A stretch of 64,000 bases of DNA from Tubiluchus corallicola (lineage: Eukaryota > Animalia > Priapulida): contig JAQGDQ010000746.1 of the NCBI GenBank assembly GCA_030141605.1, forward strand, positions 1 through 64,000, given 5' to 3'. The notes beneath the pieces are model-generated. The model searched no databases. It was not told the origin of the DNA and was given only the letters and a program-made list of their open reading frames with translations. The position numbers were made by a program, and so were the translations under genes. Within the stretch, counting starts at the first letter, position 1, and each line of letters opens with the position of its first letter. Below are positions 52,601 to 64,000 of this stretch, piece after piece.

Positions 52601-54517
52601 TTATTTACAGGAAAAGCATTTACAGTCTGGATACTAGAATTTCAAACAGTAAAAACTTGTTATGTAGAACGATATTTGTTACACTAATTTATGCGTCACA
52701 GAAATGTCCCTGGCACTGTGATCAAACTGATAATTGAAAAATTTTAGAAATTGATTTATTATGAGAGTATTTAGTTATTTCTTTTACCAAAACCTAACAT
52801 TGTTACAAGATAATATTTTGACACAGACATATTAAAACTGGAAATCTACGGTTACCTCTTAAAATGTTGGAAATTGTTGCTTGACGGCCATAACCCATAA
52901 ATACAAGCAGACGTCCAAACGCAGGAATTATTGTTGATCAAATCTCGGAAATACTTATTTACCTTTTAAAAACACAAAATCAGTACTTCTATCAGTTAAA
53001 GGAAGACAGGGCGACTGTTTAGACTCAATCTCATTTTAATTTACTGTCCAATATATACATTTTCTTGCCTATAAAAATTAGGAATTTTTTTCATATATTT
53101 GAATAATTACCTTGGAAAGTTAATTAACAATAATGGAACACAGCTGTTGCTTACGTCAGAAACTAACCACAGTTTGTGCAATGGCAGGCATTTTCGCTTG
53201 CGCATCAAGCACGTTTGCGTAAGTGTTACTGTTTAAATGCGTGATGTGACGACAATGGGCTCTATGTCATATAACGTCATAAACTAACACTGCAGTTCAC
53301 GATCATGGTCATCACGGTACCACCTTCTATTTGTCGGCCACGCGAATGTGACAAAAAGGCGCCGCTGCCAATCTTAGTAGTAGATTCACTCAGTCACGCC
53401 AAGCTTTGAAAGTTTAAGAAAATTTGTGTATACGAGGTAATTATCATTTAATCTAAGCTTTAATTAAAAAAAAACTAGTATAGTTTTCAATATTTTAGGA
53501 CATTCTTTATTATGAACTAATGTTTACACAATCGTCCAGTTTTCCTTTAAGTGTGATCAATGCAGTTTAAAATTTTAAACAGGGAAATGAAGGGAATTGA
53601 TATTTCAGTCACACTTCAAGTCTACAAGAAACACTTAGTGCTATAAAACTTTAACCAGTAATTACATACAGCTATCTTAGAAACCACTCCATCTTCATAT
53701 AGATATTTCAACTTCATGTGATTAATTACTTCTTAATTACAAGAAATACACTTGTAGGGAAATTTTAGTTCCCAATTAATTATTTTTTTTCAAGTTTATG
53801 GGTTAAAGAACTAAATAACTGTTTGAACAGAATGGCAGAAGAAGCGAAAAAAAGAATTTCTTATGAACTTTTGTTCCTGGAAATGCTTGCTAACTTACTG
53901 AATGTATTAATGTAATATACATACAGTTTGTAAATTAAGGAGGTCTTTTAACGGTAATCCTCGAAGCAGCCGCAGATGAATCTCTTCTGGTAGCAACCAC
54001 AGTGTTGCTGATGTCTCAGTCTTTCTTCTTAATGGTCGCACAGGCGAGAAGGCAGATTGGATTCCATGAAATGATGATCCAGGGGAAATACTGCATGTGG
54101 TAGACCGCAATTCTGCGAAAACAAAATAAACATTTTCTATACATTTTATGCATGTTGCAAACTGATACACAGCATTCCTGTTAGTAAAAAACACTACAAT
54201 ATGTTGAATACGTAGATGTAAATTTATTTGAAATTAACAATAAAAATCACTATAATGTACCATATTACATCACATGTGTACAAATACTGCAATAAGTATA
54301 ATATAACTATGAGATAATAATAGAATAACATAGTGTAAATCAGTGCCCGGAATGAATATCATCCTTATATGCTTATCATTCTTCATCTAAAATAACATCT
54401 GGACAGTTTATGTAATGTCCAAAATCTTATTTTATTTAGCCTAACAATTTATCGTAAAGCCAGCATGTGAAAATAAGGATACCATTAATTTAACGAAATA
54501 TTAAACAAACCTCGCAT
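35719..54517 (-). CDS. CCNF: Cyclin F (F-box only protein 1), 13 coding exons, about 752 aa
   Basis: Exons 5'->3' on minus: 54517-54511 (ATGCGAG, tentative), 54112-53925, 52962-52856, 51551-51478, 47058-46862, 46358-46206, 45008-44779, 43699-43535, 41962-41473, 39867-39734, 38735-38581, 36920-36784, 35940-35719 (TAG). Total is 2259 nt with phases consistent. Motifs: F-box LWLLPEEIHLRLLRGL, GNLEAIIKLGVAYLY, PFTWVFLRPPWS, cyclin box MRYILIDWLMEV, TIREAAWLTDNTYKY, and a Ser-rich tail ending PKRRHV. Confidence 0.93.
35993..36662 (+). mobile_element. Kolobok-like non-autonomous element, family F
   Basis: TTAA flanks, TIR (A)GGCACAAGAAAA...TTTTCTTGTC. Homologous to 60181-60862, to 50692-51324 (inverted) and to a fragment at about 23480-23838. 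Confidence 0.75.
37054..37214 (+). mobile_element. Internally deleted family A MITE
   Basis: Both TIRs of 24234-24755 are retained; the middle is absent. Confidence 0.8.
37817..38487. mobile_element. TIR element, family G
   Basis: Imperfect TIRs of about 40 bp; inverted deleted homologue at 40887-41362. Confidence 0.7.
39299..39676. mobile_element. hAT-like MITE, family E
   Basis: TIR TGGGGGTGAGCAT...ATGCTCACCCCTA; perfect 8-bp TSD ATGAGGAG. Confidence 0.92.
39910..40520. repeat. Minisatellite, 38-bp unit, about 16 copies
   Basis: Unit ttctaccttcaacactgacaaacttgtgtaattctatg; ends about 40 nt from the CCNF acceptor at 39868. Confidence 0.95.
40887..41362. mobile_element. TIR element, family G (inverted, deleted copy)
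   Basis: Reverse-complement similarity to 37817-38487. Confidence 0.7.
42891..43534. repeat. Minisatellite, 40-bp unit, 16 copies, beginning at +1 of a CCNF intron
   Basis: Unit gtacaacgaagagcaagtcgtaactaacgtcacactcaac; the terminal GTAC is the donor on minus. Confidence 0.97.
43950..44680 (+). mobile_element. Decayed non-LTR retrotransposon RT fragment, split by an inserted LINE 3' end (about 44110-44490)
   Basis: RT motifs GVRQGSCLSSKLFN and LMYADDTCLIA lie on either side of an AT-rich insert ending in a stem-loop and AATAAA. Confidence 0.7.
45343..45728. repeat. Tandem repeat, about 130-bp unit, 3 copies
   Basis: agttacttcacaagtatgtttggtgcac... starts at 45343, 45472 and 45602. Confidence 0.9.
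46395..46767 (+). mobile_element. Helitron-like 3' fragment
   Basis: Ends in hairpin GCAAATTTTTTTGC plus CTAG|T; inverted homologue at 58308-58825. Confidence 0.65.
47226..48899. repeat. Satellite array, 72-bp unit, about 23 copies
   Basis: Unit acccaacatactgagtg(gcctgatc/acttgttc)tttcctttaccacaccacaaacagtttaagagataagagcaaaataa; two interspersed variants. Confidence 0.97.
48900..49333 (+). mobile_element. 5'-truncated L2/CR1-group LINE (ORF2 C-terminus, 3' UTR and tail)
   Basis: Translates as ...LPLPKTNIMKQSSKYNAIKIWSSIPREMKTLNLYQFKK...NYLLQRYN*. Followed by stem GGAGGAGGA...TCCTCCTCC, AATAAA and a (TTCATAA)n tail. Confidence 0.75.
49604..49850. repeat. Minisatellite, 23-bp unit, about 11 copies
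   Basis: Unit gggatggcgatgcagtgcacgct. Confidence 0.9.
50692..51324 (-). mobile_element. Kolobok-like element, family F
   Basis: TTAA|GGACAAGAAAA...TTTTCTTGTGCT|TTAA. Confidence 0.75.
51397..51478. repeat. 31-bp tandem repeat, about 2.6 copies, containing a CCNF splice donor
   Basis: Unit aaacacattagtaactcacaatcagtaacac (GTGAGT on minus in each copy). Confidence 0.85.
51674..52120. mobile_element. TIR MITE, family B (6-bp TSD)
   Basis: CAGGGTTCCCACA...TGTAGGAACCCTG flanked by TAAATA/TAAATA. Confidence 0.8.
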
Positions 54518-54639
54518 ACTGTCAAGAGAATTTATACAATAAGTAAAAATGTGAAAGACTAAAAAAGTTACAAAAACGGAATTAAGCTACATAAAGTATC
54601 ACAAAAATTTAATAAAGCAAAGTTCTCATGAACCCTGCG

Positions 54640-54790
54640 ACGTAATGTTTATTTTGATTTTGAGTCTCTGTCCGCCTCGTTCTTGATTGGCTGGCTTACT
54701 TTATTCTATACGTTAGAAATCTTCCTTCCAACGTACTTCAATTCAAAATTTGGAATTTTTATTGCATTACTGGCAGAAGTTTTTGAAAAG
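54640..54790 (-). promoter_or_regulatory. Candidate CCNF promoter
   Basis: CCAAT box (ATTGG on + at 54686-54690) and CHR-like TTTGAA (TTCAAA on + at about 54742) lie upstream of the tentative first exon. These short motifs occur often by chance. Confidence 0.3.
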
Positions 54791-55619
54791 GTACTAAAAC
54801 AAACATGGGTGATTCTTATTCTCGTTTTTATACCACATCCGTATAAAAATTATTAAACGTTGAAAACTGACAAATTCTAGTATGGGGACATTTGAAACTT
54901 CGAGGCACTGCTTTCTGAGTGTTGACAAATTATTACATTCTCTGGGGCTGATCATTAATTTTTAAATAATGCAAGATCAATATGAAATTCCATCAATGTA
55001 TATATTAGTACTGGGCTTTACAAGAAACTCTGTGACGTAGTAAAATGCTTTGACAAATTGCATGTAGCTAATAGATCACTTTCCTGAGTTGTGGAAACTG
55101 TAGAAGTTCCAACTCATAACTTTACTTTGATATAAGTCAAATGAAGCTACTTGCACTATAATAGTGGACTATATGCTGTTTAACACCAGCAGGAACTGCC
55201 AGTCACATAACGAATCTGTCAGACAAGGAACCACCTAGCTGGAACCAGTGTTGTACTTGTTGTGTAGCAACTATGTGACAATGACTTAAATAAGACACGC
55301 CTCCTGAAACAGAAATTGATGTAATGCATTGCAGTTTGGGGAATCTTAAAACTGATAAGCTTATGAATGGAACAGCTCTTCAAAGTACAAATAGTAAAAA
55401 TGCTTTTGGTGTGATAATAACATCAGACTTGAAAACAGAAGACACCACAGAAATCTTATTGAAGTTTATAAACTAGTAACTAGAAAATAAAACATTAATT
55501 TAGTTGTCGATTCTAAAACTAGCGGACATAATTTAAAACTGATTAGAGAGTGGTCATGTCTTGATATATGTGAATATTCATTTTTGTGAGAGTAATTCAG
55601 GAAAAAATGTAATAAAAAA

Positions 55620-56662
55620 AATCATCGTGCAGGGATGCACTTCAAGCTGGCAAAATGTGGATAGTGGAATAACAGGGGGCAGTGTCTTTGGTCTAGTATA
55701 ATTTCTCATCTACATCAATGATCTTCCAGAAGAAGCAGTATCTGAGATCTTTCTGTTTGCGGATGATACAAAACTGTTCAATATAATTGATGAGCAGCAA
55801 GATAGGGTAAACATTCAAGAAGATCTTTATAGCTTGACTAAATGGAATGAAGATTGGTTGTTAGCTTTCCATCCTAGTAAATGTAAGGTGAGGAAAAGAA
55901 AACATTCCAACTTCTGATTAATCCCTTGTTAGAGATGAAATTAGTTGCCGAATACCTTGGGTTGTGTCAGAGAAAGACGTTGGAGTATAGATTGCTCCCA
56001 TATTTTGACCATCATATCCAGGAAAAGATAAGCAAAGCTAAGAAAATGGTGGATATAATGAGCACAGCTTTTACCACTTTGACGCATTGTATGCTCATCT
56101 GTCTATACAAAGTGCTTGTAAGGTCCCGTTTGGAAATTTTCTGTGTGGCATCCATCAATGGTCAAGTATATAGATCAGCTGCAACAAGTACAAAGATATG
56201 CGACACGAAAGCTTTGTGACTTGAAAAATTATCATATACTGACCGGTTAAAGTTCCTTAATTGCCAACAATAGCTTACAGGAGATAGAGAGGTGACATGA
56301 TAGAGGCTTATAGATCTTAACGGATGTATATGATAAAGCCGTAGGCCCACAGTTGCAATTCAGATCGCCGATGGCCAGACCGATCACCAGAGGCCATTCA
56401 CTAAAGTTAGACAAGTTCAGATTTATTAACTATATAAGATTGCATCCTTTTCGCACAGAATTGTAGATGCATGGAATAGTTAACCCAACGTTGTCGCATG
56501 CGCACCAAGTGTAGAAATAGTTAAGAGAAGATTGGACAAACACTGCATTGGGAAAGAGATAGTCTACAACCAGAAGGCCTTCTTTGATGATACGTAAACG
56601 AATATATGTACACGATTGGCTAGAAGATTACTTTGCCAAAACAATCTAAGGTATAAGGTAAG
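55620..56662 (+). mobile_element. Decayed CR1-like LINE 3' portion
   Basis: RT motifs FLIYINDLP and LFADDTKLF, downstream LYKVLVRSRLE, multiple stops and frameshifts, and an AAGGT-type tail. Confidence 0.85.
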
Positions 56663-57357
56663 GAAACGTAATCTGCCTGCCATGGATTCCCAACACCAAA
56701 CATAGTAAAGTTTAGATCATTAACCAATAATTATTTTAGAGAAAAATATGGAGTTTATATGAGTGTATTCGCTTAACCCTTAATCATGACAGTATAACAG
56801 TATTATATTGCTGCGCTCAGCAAGTCAGCAGCATGTCCATGACAAAAGTGCAAGAAGATTAACAACTTTACTTGATAGGTGGCAGTGTGATGCTAAACGG
56901 TGCGTGAAAAAAATGACTTTGATTTTTAGTTTTTTTACTTAGTGGAATTTGTGATGTTGTGAATTTTAGATAGTGCTATAATTGTGTGGCACGCAATTAA
57001 TGACCTTTGCGTAATGAGAGGTAAATCACTTGAATGTATCATTTGGCATTGTGTGGAGATGGAAGTATAGACCGAAAGTTTTAGCAACTGTTACGTTGGT
57101 GCCATCCAGAAATACTAGTATCAGTGCTGATAAATTAAAATTGTGTGGCATTGGCAGTCTGATAAGTTGGCTTTACAATAAATTACTTGTTTACACCTCA
57201 TGAAAAAGTAAGGTCAACTGACATAAAATGTTTTACTTTAAAGACACAAAGATCATCGTTAAGGATTTAATTTTCAGTTTTTACTAATTTTTAGTCATCT
57301 TTCATCAGTTCGTTTTTCTTTTTTAAATTGCCTGCCAATTAATGCTTCTAATGTTCA

Positions 57358-57546
57358 GTAAAATGGGAAAGGTAAAAATGGCACAGGAAAATGACACGGT
57401 AAAAATGGCTCAGGAAAAAATGGCACAAGTGGAAAATTAGGTAAAAATTTGAGAGGAAAAAGTTGCGCGGCAAAAATGGCACGGGAAAAAATGTTACAGG
57501 TAAAAATGGGAAAGTAGGTAAAAATGGCACAGGAAAAAATGACACG
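57358..57546. repeat. Degenerate AAAAATGGCAC repeat cluster, probably TE-subterminal
   Basis: Repeated (g)gtaaaaatggcaca motifs. A similarly structured taccaaaattt cluster lies at 425-640. Confidence 0.55.
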
Positions 57547-58307
57547 TTATTTTGATGCAGTTGATTTCTACAGTAAAACTAGTATTCACTCTGTAGGAAG
57601 TACATCTCTGCCAAAGCCGAGCAATCCTAAACTTATTCGTCTGATTCTTTTAACTAAAAAAATTTAACGTGAAAATAAACGAGCAAATGTACATGTATTG
57701 GTATTATATATATATATATATATAATATATAATCGAAAGCAAATTCTTATTTTTCTTGCCTTACATAATGCACACATTTGCAAACCACAGTGTTACAAAG
57801 TGGAGGTTTATTCAACTTCGCTGATGCATATAATGATGGAGTCATTCTCTTATAACCGTGATGGTTTTGTGATGTGATAAATAACCGTGATGATTCTAGT
57901 GAATTAGGCAAATGTTGCCAAGTCCAGTAGATGTGATAGACAACAGTTTTTCTATTTTGTTGTACCACATTATTAATTAGAATCAGACTCTTTTGTTTAC
58001 AAGGATGAAATTTTGGCTTCTTGCTGCACCAAGTTTTTGGACTTTTCTGTTTAGAACTTCTTATTTTCCAGGAGTATAGAATTGCCAAGTGTTTAGAAGC
58101 TAGCGTTGGTTTCCAATGTCATTATGATGGCCCGTTGATCACTGTTTTTGCTCCAAACTGTCATGTTTTTTTTAATTCTTTCATGTAATTTTTTGTTACT
58201 ATGTTTTATTTTAGTGTTTGTGGTGTGTTACAGTGTTCTTCTAAGTTAGTGAACGGTCTTGTGTTATGCCATGTGTAATGTCTAGTTCAAAATTATTAAT
58301 ATATATA

Positions 58308-58825
58308 CTAGCAAAGGCCCTGCAAAAAATTTTGCATATAAATACACTTATAATCAATAATACGCTAACGTCCTACATAGTCCTGATTTATAATGTAAAC
58401 CCAGTAGCAGCTTTTACTGAATTAAAGTTATAAGAGTATAATGGATGACGTCTGAACAATGGCTTTGTGTCAGCAGTTTTCTAAGCAAAAATTGCCGAAA
58501 ATAGAACATCTAATTAACTCCTCTTGGTGGATGTGTCCTAAAATATAGCCCACATTATCGTGTAGCCCTGTTCTTCCTCTTTCTAAAAAGCTATATATCT
58601 CCTTTCGAGAGTCCCACCAGGTGCCACCAGAACGTTTTTTCTATAGGCTGTTTGACCAAAATTTTGAAAAAATCGCGAGTTGGGTCCGGGAAAACACCCG
58701 TTACCGGATGCCGTGGCTCTCTTGCAAATTCTAAATACACCTTTCGTTTGATGTATAGATCGTCACAAATGGTGCCGCCATCGGAACTGTAGCCTCGAAT
58801 CTTATATATATATATATATATATAA
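58308..58825 (-). mobile_element. Non-autonomous Helitron-like element
   Basis: On minus: (TA)n-rich 5' end, 3' hairpin GCAAAATTTTTTGC and CTAG|T terminus; homologous to 46395-46767. Confidence 0.65.
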
Positions 58826-59007
58826 ATATATTAAGCCCATACCAGTAGAATTAATATATTCGATAGTCAAACTCTTTCTATTGTCCTCTTTCATTTTAAA
58901 TATGTTCAATATATACACATATATTTACTTCATGTGTTTTTTCAGGGTCTTGATGTTGAAGTAACTTACTTCCGGATTTAAATGTACAGATTTCTCAAAG
59001 CGTAGAT

Positions 59008-59625
59008 ATGGCTGCTCCGCCACCAGAACCAATACGTTCTGTCAGTCTTCCATTTGGCCCACAGAGGCATGAGTATAGTTTTCAGATGAATCAAGAGACC
59101 GGAGGGGATGCAGTCAGGCCTCAGAAGCTTCACGGAATCATGAACAGATGGTGCTGCATATCGTTTTGCATGATCATACTTGTCTATGCCAGTTTACACG
59201 CCTTGATACAAGGAATCATTGGCGGAGATTTCGGAACGTGGGTGTTCGGGTGTGTGGCTCTGCCCGTATGCCTGACGTTGTTATTTTTTGTGGCGTTTAT
59301 GTGCTTAAAGCGTGCCGGATTCATCAAACCCAAGCCGCATATCAGATATCGAACTCAGATAGACGAAGGCAATGTTGAATTGCCACCCACCTACTCGATG
59401 CTTGGACCACCCAATTATTCTAAGTTAGAGATTGGTAATCAGGACGCAGTTACGATGTCGAGCGTCAGCTCCTGTGCTTTACCCACATACGAGGATGCCC
59501 AGAAGTCGGAACAGGGCGAGCTTCTGTCTGCGGAACCAGTTGTGTTTGACATGGGTCAGCGGAGTGAAACTACAAGTTTAGCAAGAGATAACGAGTGCAG
59601 TGCTGAAGAAGTGAAGAGTAACTAG
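59008..59625 (+). CDS. Uncharacterised 205-aa membrane protein: two predicted TM helices and a cytoplasmic tail with PPxY/LPxY motifs
   Basis: Non-repetitive ORF that is GC-richer than its flanks. Hydrophobic segments WCCISFCMIILVYASLHALIQGII and WVFGCVALPVCLTLLFFVAFMCL are followed by basic KR. Motifs LPPTY, GPPNY and LPTY. A splice acceptor tttttcag at 58945 implies an upstream non-coding exon. Confidence 0.75.
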   Translation: MAAPPPEPIRSVSLPFGPQRHEYSFQMNQETGGDAVRPQKLHGIMNRWCCISFCMIILVYASLHALIQGIIGGDFGTWVFGCVALPVCLTLLFFVAFMCLKRAGFIKPKPHIRYRTQIDEGNVELPPTYSMLGPPNYSKLEIGNQDAVTMSSVSSCALPTYEDAQKSEQGELLSAEPVVFDMGQRSETTSLARDNECSAEEVKSN

Positions 59626-59808
59626 TGGTCACTAGTGGTCAGCGGAGTGAAACCGCAAGTTTAGCAAGAGATAACGAGTGCAGTGCTGAAGAAGTGAAGA
59701 GTAACTAGTGGTCACTAGTGGTCAGAGGAGTGAAACCACAAGTTTAGCAAAGGATAACAAGTGCAGTGCTGAAGAAGTGAAGAGTAACTAGTGGTCACTA
59801 GTGGTCAG
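59554..59808. repeat. 83-bp tandem repeat, 3 copies, spanning the stop codon of the 205-aa ORF
   Basis: Copies start at 59554, 59637 and 59720. Confidence 0.95.
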
Positions 59809-60180
59809 AGAATCTTTTTTTTGCTGCAATATTCCCGGACATTAAAATTTTTCCTTGATGCATCGCCGTCTTTATGTTTGAAGTTTTAGTAAAAGTGATG
59901 ATACCCCATATTGCTACTTTGAGTACAGACTAACTTGCTACTTGTATAATGAATTTCAACTTCATAAGCAAACCTGACTGGTGCTGACACATACTGAAAG
60001 GTGTTAGTGGTGGACTACTTTACGAAGCGCTTTAGACCTTGCTAGGACAGTCTCTATTTGGCGGATTTTTGAAGGTCCTGACAGTAAGTTTCAAATGGAA
60101 CGCTCATTGTAGTAAATGCGGCTTATAAAGCTGTTGAATGTAAATGGGGTCGTTAAAGTCGTTTGTTTTTGGCAGGTTAA

Positions 60181-60862
60181 AGCACAAGAAAACCCTTCAT
60201 AAACATAAAACTTAAAAAATTCGTCTGGATATTTTATATCACTTACATACTGCTTTTTTACGTACAGGACTTCAATTAGCAGTAACGCTGAATAAAACAT
60301 GTAAATTTAAACTCCCTCGATGACCGTTAGACGCAGCCATTTTTACGACAAGTCATTTGAAACAAGTTTAGATAATGTTTTGTAAAGTTTGAAAAAATAA
60401 TCAGAGCATTCGTAGGGCTCAAGTCACTAACTGAGTAAAATTTTTAATTACTGTATCTTGTCAAGAAGATTAAAAATGCGTTTTTGGTTAGTGGGTGGTG
60501 CACCCTGGTGGGTGAGTCAACGACATTTTACCAATTGATGAAACATTTTAAATAATCAAAAATTTTCTTTTCTAGTTAGATAAGTCTTTCTAGCAGGTAA
60601 GCGAACTGCTAAGTAATATAGATTTGCATGGAAAGTTTTTGGGACATAATTTAACATTGCCTTTTTGTTCCTGTAATTTACCTTTGCGTAGTCACGCATG
60701 TAATGGCGACTTCTGAACAGTGTTGCGGAGATTTAAAATGAAAACAAACAAAAATTCCTTTCGATGCGAGTAAAATATATGTATAAAATTGCTTAAAAAA
60801 GTAATGCAATTTTTTAAGGCGATTTTTCTGAAACCTACTTCAGGTGCCCCTTTTCTTGTCCT
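60181..60862 (+). mobile_element. Kolobok-like element, family F
   Basis: TTAA|AGCACAAGAAAA...TTTTCTTGTCCT|TTAA. Confidence 0.8.
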
Positions 60863-62016
60863 TTAACCTTTAAAGCGTAAAATCAGTCGTTGTGATAACT
60901 TTAAGTAGACCTGCAGCTCATACTTGTGATGAACATTTCGCACAGAATCAAACTATTTTATCCACATTTTTATGCTGTGCTTATGAAACACTATGATAAG
61001 TAAATATTTCATAAGATGATTTGTAAATACTAAATTTCTATATTTGAGAATCTCCTATAAGTTTTTTTTGTGTGTTGTGTTTTGGCAATTCGTGGACATT
61101 AAAGAATGGCACGGGTCCCAAGTAATCATATAAACATTCTTGGAAAATTTTGTATTAATTCTGATGAATGTTAGCATGTAGTATTACTTTGAACTGCTTT
61201 TCAGTTTGCTATAGCTACTCTTGCAGAGGTAGCAGCATGATATTGTTTTATAATAGGCTTATTTTGTTATATGCAGCGCCGTTACATTTTCTGTGTTACA
61301 TTTTGTTGTTATAGTATTTGTTAATACCATTTGGTATTTTTTCAATATCTAGTCACTTCATCGCTGTTAGGCATAAATCCGGAGCAGGCAGGGCTTTAGA
61401 GAGGTCACTGCCATTCCGTAAAATTTTACTTTGTGTTTTCTAACTGGTGTTATGTGTACTAATTCTTTTTCTATTTTTGTGTCCATGTAATTCTGTTTGC
61501 CTTATGCAAAATGCCAAATTCAAGGTTCTTGAAAATATATTTGTTATATTTGCATTTTGTGATGTAAACACGTTTTGATAAACTTTTTTATATTTTCTCA
61601 GACTTACTGTCACGTAACAATTTTAAAGTAATCATATTACATTCCATTTATAACAAATGTGTCATTTTTGCTATAGATATTCTACTCTTTGCATTATTAA
61701 GCTGTTGTGAATATTGTGTAAATTTGAGTTTAAAAAAGTTTATAAAGCAATGAAGTTGATTCAAACAATTTTCCCGGTGGGACATTAAAATTTGTAGAAC
61801 TAAAAACAGTTAATTATCAGCTTGCTGTAAAAAATTTTAGATATTTTTTGTAAGTTTAAGAGATACATTAAATTTTGTTTCTGTGGCATGTAAGTGATAC
61901 AATTTAATATTACATTTTTTTGAAAATTTGCATTGTATCTTAAATAGCTAGGCTGTAATTATGCAATTAACATGCATTTGATAGGCACTTATTCTTGAAA
62001 TTAATCTCATTCTAAT

Positions 62017-62505
62017 TAGTGTTTGCTGCAGATACACTTTTTTGCCGGATAGCGAATACCGGATATCATCGGATATTTTCTCAGATTGTTTTCTGGACTC
62101 GGATTATAACCGGAGAGGTTGGCTAAGTTTGGATCGAATATGCAGATCAGTCCAGATAATGAAACATTTGTAAATGTTTGCAAACTTTATTCATTTTCAT
62201 TTAGTCTATCATCTTAAACGACCTAGCTCGAAGATCCGCCATATTACCGCATACAAATAAAAAAATATGTGTGTAAAATGTTTGTCCTGAAAACACAAAC
62301 ATAGGCTAAAAGATCTATAAGTTTTTTGGTAATATTTTATATATTTTCAGCTGTTAAATTATTCGAAAACCGTTTTCAATTGCACGTTCCGGATAGCGAA
62401 TATTTGCGAAAATCAAATTTTTATAACTATCGGATAATATCGGATACAAACACCTGCAAAATATCACCGTTCTCAGATACGAATTGGATATCTGCAGCAA
62501 CACTA
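62017..62505. mobile_element. hAT-like MITE (GGATATC/CCGGAT-rich)
   Basis: TIR TAGTGTT(T)GCTGCAGATA...TATCTGCAGCAACACTA; TSD not preserved. Confidence 0.7.
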
Positions 62506-63499
62506 ATATTTTAGTTTACATTACTACTAGTTTCACTTGCAGTTTTGATTGTAGCATGTATGTTGTGTGCAAAGATTTTATACTTCACAAATGTGATGGT
62601 TTGTGATGTCTTGTCATTCCTACACCACGAGAAAGAAATTAGTCTTATTATTGCGTTTATTTTTCTACTTTCTGTTTTATACATCGTGAATGTGCAAGTA
62701 TCGACAGTAAATTATTTTATCTCTGCTGTCGTAATTAGTTGTAATATGTCTACCTCCGACTCTACCAACAAGTATAACGATAGGTAATGTTTTCGGTACG
62801 AGTTTTTATCATTGATATTTTTGGATATACACTTTACGCGAATTGTTCTCTCTTCTGTAAGTAGGTATTGCTAAGAAGGAGGTCACATAATCTCAGTCTG
62901 TAATTGTTGAGCACTAGCAGGCATTTGTTGAGCTTTGAACTGCCTTACTTACAGATAGGTTAAACTATGTTTACTTGTTTACATTCTCTAGGTACAGAGT
63001 GTTATCTCAATGTCTGTACTTGCACAATTGACAGTGCTCACGGATACTGTGTTGTGAGTTTTTTGCTATATTCTCTTATAGAATATCTTCGGTTGTGTTT
63101 TTTGGAACATCATTTTGAACTAAAGAAAGTTTGCTTATGAAATACCGAGAGATTTACCTATTTTTTCTGTATTTATATTGTATTTTCAAGGTGCTTTGCA
63201 TTAAACCTTGTGTATTAGCTCAATGCACTAACTTTACTGATATGGTGCAGTACAAGTTGGATTTGGTCTGTGTATTTTTCCGCTAACATCTAATAAATGC
63301 TCGAAAATAAAGTGAAAAATTATTTGTGTTTTTCGTGTTTTCGTATAAGATAACTACGATAATGACCTCTTCAACTTTTGCAAGTTTTTTGTGCTTGAAT
63401 GGCATCATATAACTTCATCTTTTACACAGAAGTGCATAATATGCATTTGCTACAGTGGATTCTACATTGTGTTTGCCACAGTTGCGTTGATAATATATT

Positions 63500-63820
63500 T
63501 TCTTCTTCTTCAATGAATCACACGTCCAGGGACATGATTCTGCTCACCTCTCTATGCCAGGACTCCCTACACGCTGCAATGCCCCAGGTGCATTTATTTC
63601 TAAGGATCAATGTTGAAGTGTTTAAATCTTTCTGTGCAAAATCTAAATATGTTAACATTTGTCCTCCTGCAGGTTTTTTAGCTGGTGCTATTGCTTGTTG
63701 AAGAGCTATCTTCACTGGAATATCATCAGGTAGTCTAAGCATATGTCCAATCCATCTTAAACGGCGTCTTTTTATTTTTCTTGTCCAAGGTTCTTCTTTT
63801 ATTTTTTTAATATATTTTCA
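63500..63820 (-). mobile_element. RTE-like LINE 3' fragment
   Basis: Minus-strand peptide RRLRWIGHMLRLPDDIPVKIAL is typical of RTE-clade ORF C-termini; short (GAA)n tail. Confidence 0.7.
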
Positions 63821-64000
63821 ATTCAGCATGCTTAGTACTGAGAGTAATTGCAGTGTTACAACAAAGTGTAAATTTTGAATCTGACGAGCTAGCGTTATTT
63901 AAAGCCCTAGACAAAAACTTTCCACATTGATGCTATGGTTATTATTGAAGTTCCACCAAGCGACACTCAAATGGATGGAGTGTTAGCTGTAGGAGGTACA

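Noticed and set aside
55926-56219. 97-aa ORF as a host gene
   Set aside because: Part of the decayed CR1-like LINE ORF2.

Overview
AT-rich, intron-rich eukaryotic (invertebrate metazoan-like) genomic DNA, not prokaryotic. I reconstructed the gene models by hand using GT-AG boundaries and phase checks. (1) The 3' two-thirds of DNAAF5/HEATR2 lies on + (13 exons, 3141-29966; 5' exons are upstream of the window). (2) An intact RIOK3 kinase gene with an intronless CDS (18507-20090, -) is nested antisense inside a DNAAF5 intron. (3) A complete cyclin F (CCNF/FBXO1) gene lies on - (13 coding exons, about 752 aa, 35719-54517), convergent with DNAAF5. (4) An unrecognised 205-aa two-TM protein with three PY motifs lies at 59008-59625 (+). 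Introns hold many non-autonomous transposons (Tc1/mariner-, hAT-, piggyBac-, Kolobok- and Helitron-like, a solo LTR, a SINE, LINE fragments) and about 18 mutually unrelated minisatellite arrays. The most unusual patterns are arrays anchored on splice donors or a stop codon, a palindrome-tiled 31-bp array behind RIOK3, a roughly 145-copy GTAAGT donor-consensus microsatellite that is a LINE tail, and a 54-bp direct repeat enclosing a 72-bp array fused to a LINE 3' end. Gene names rest on recalled similarity to human orthologues; no database search was run.
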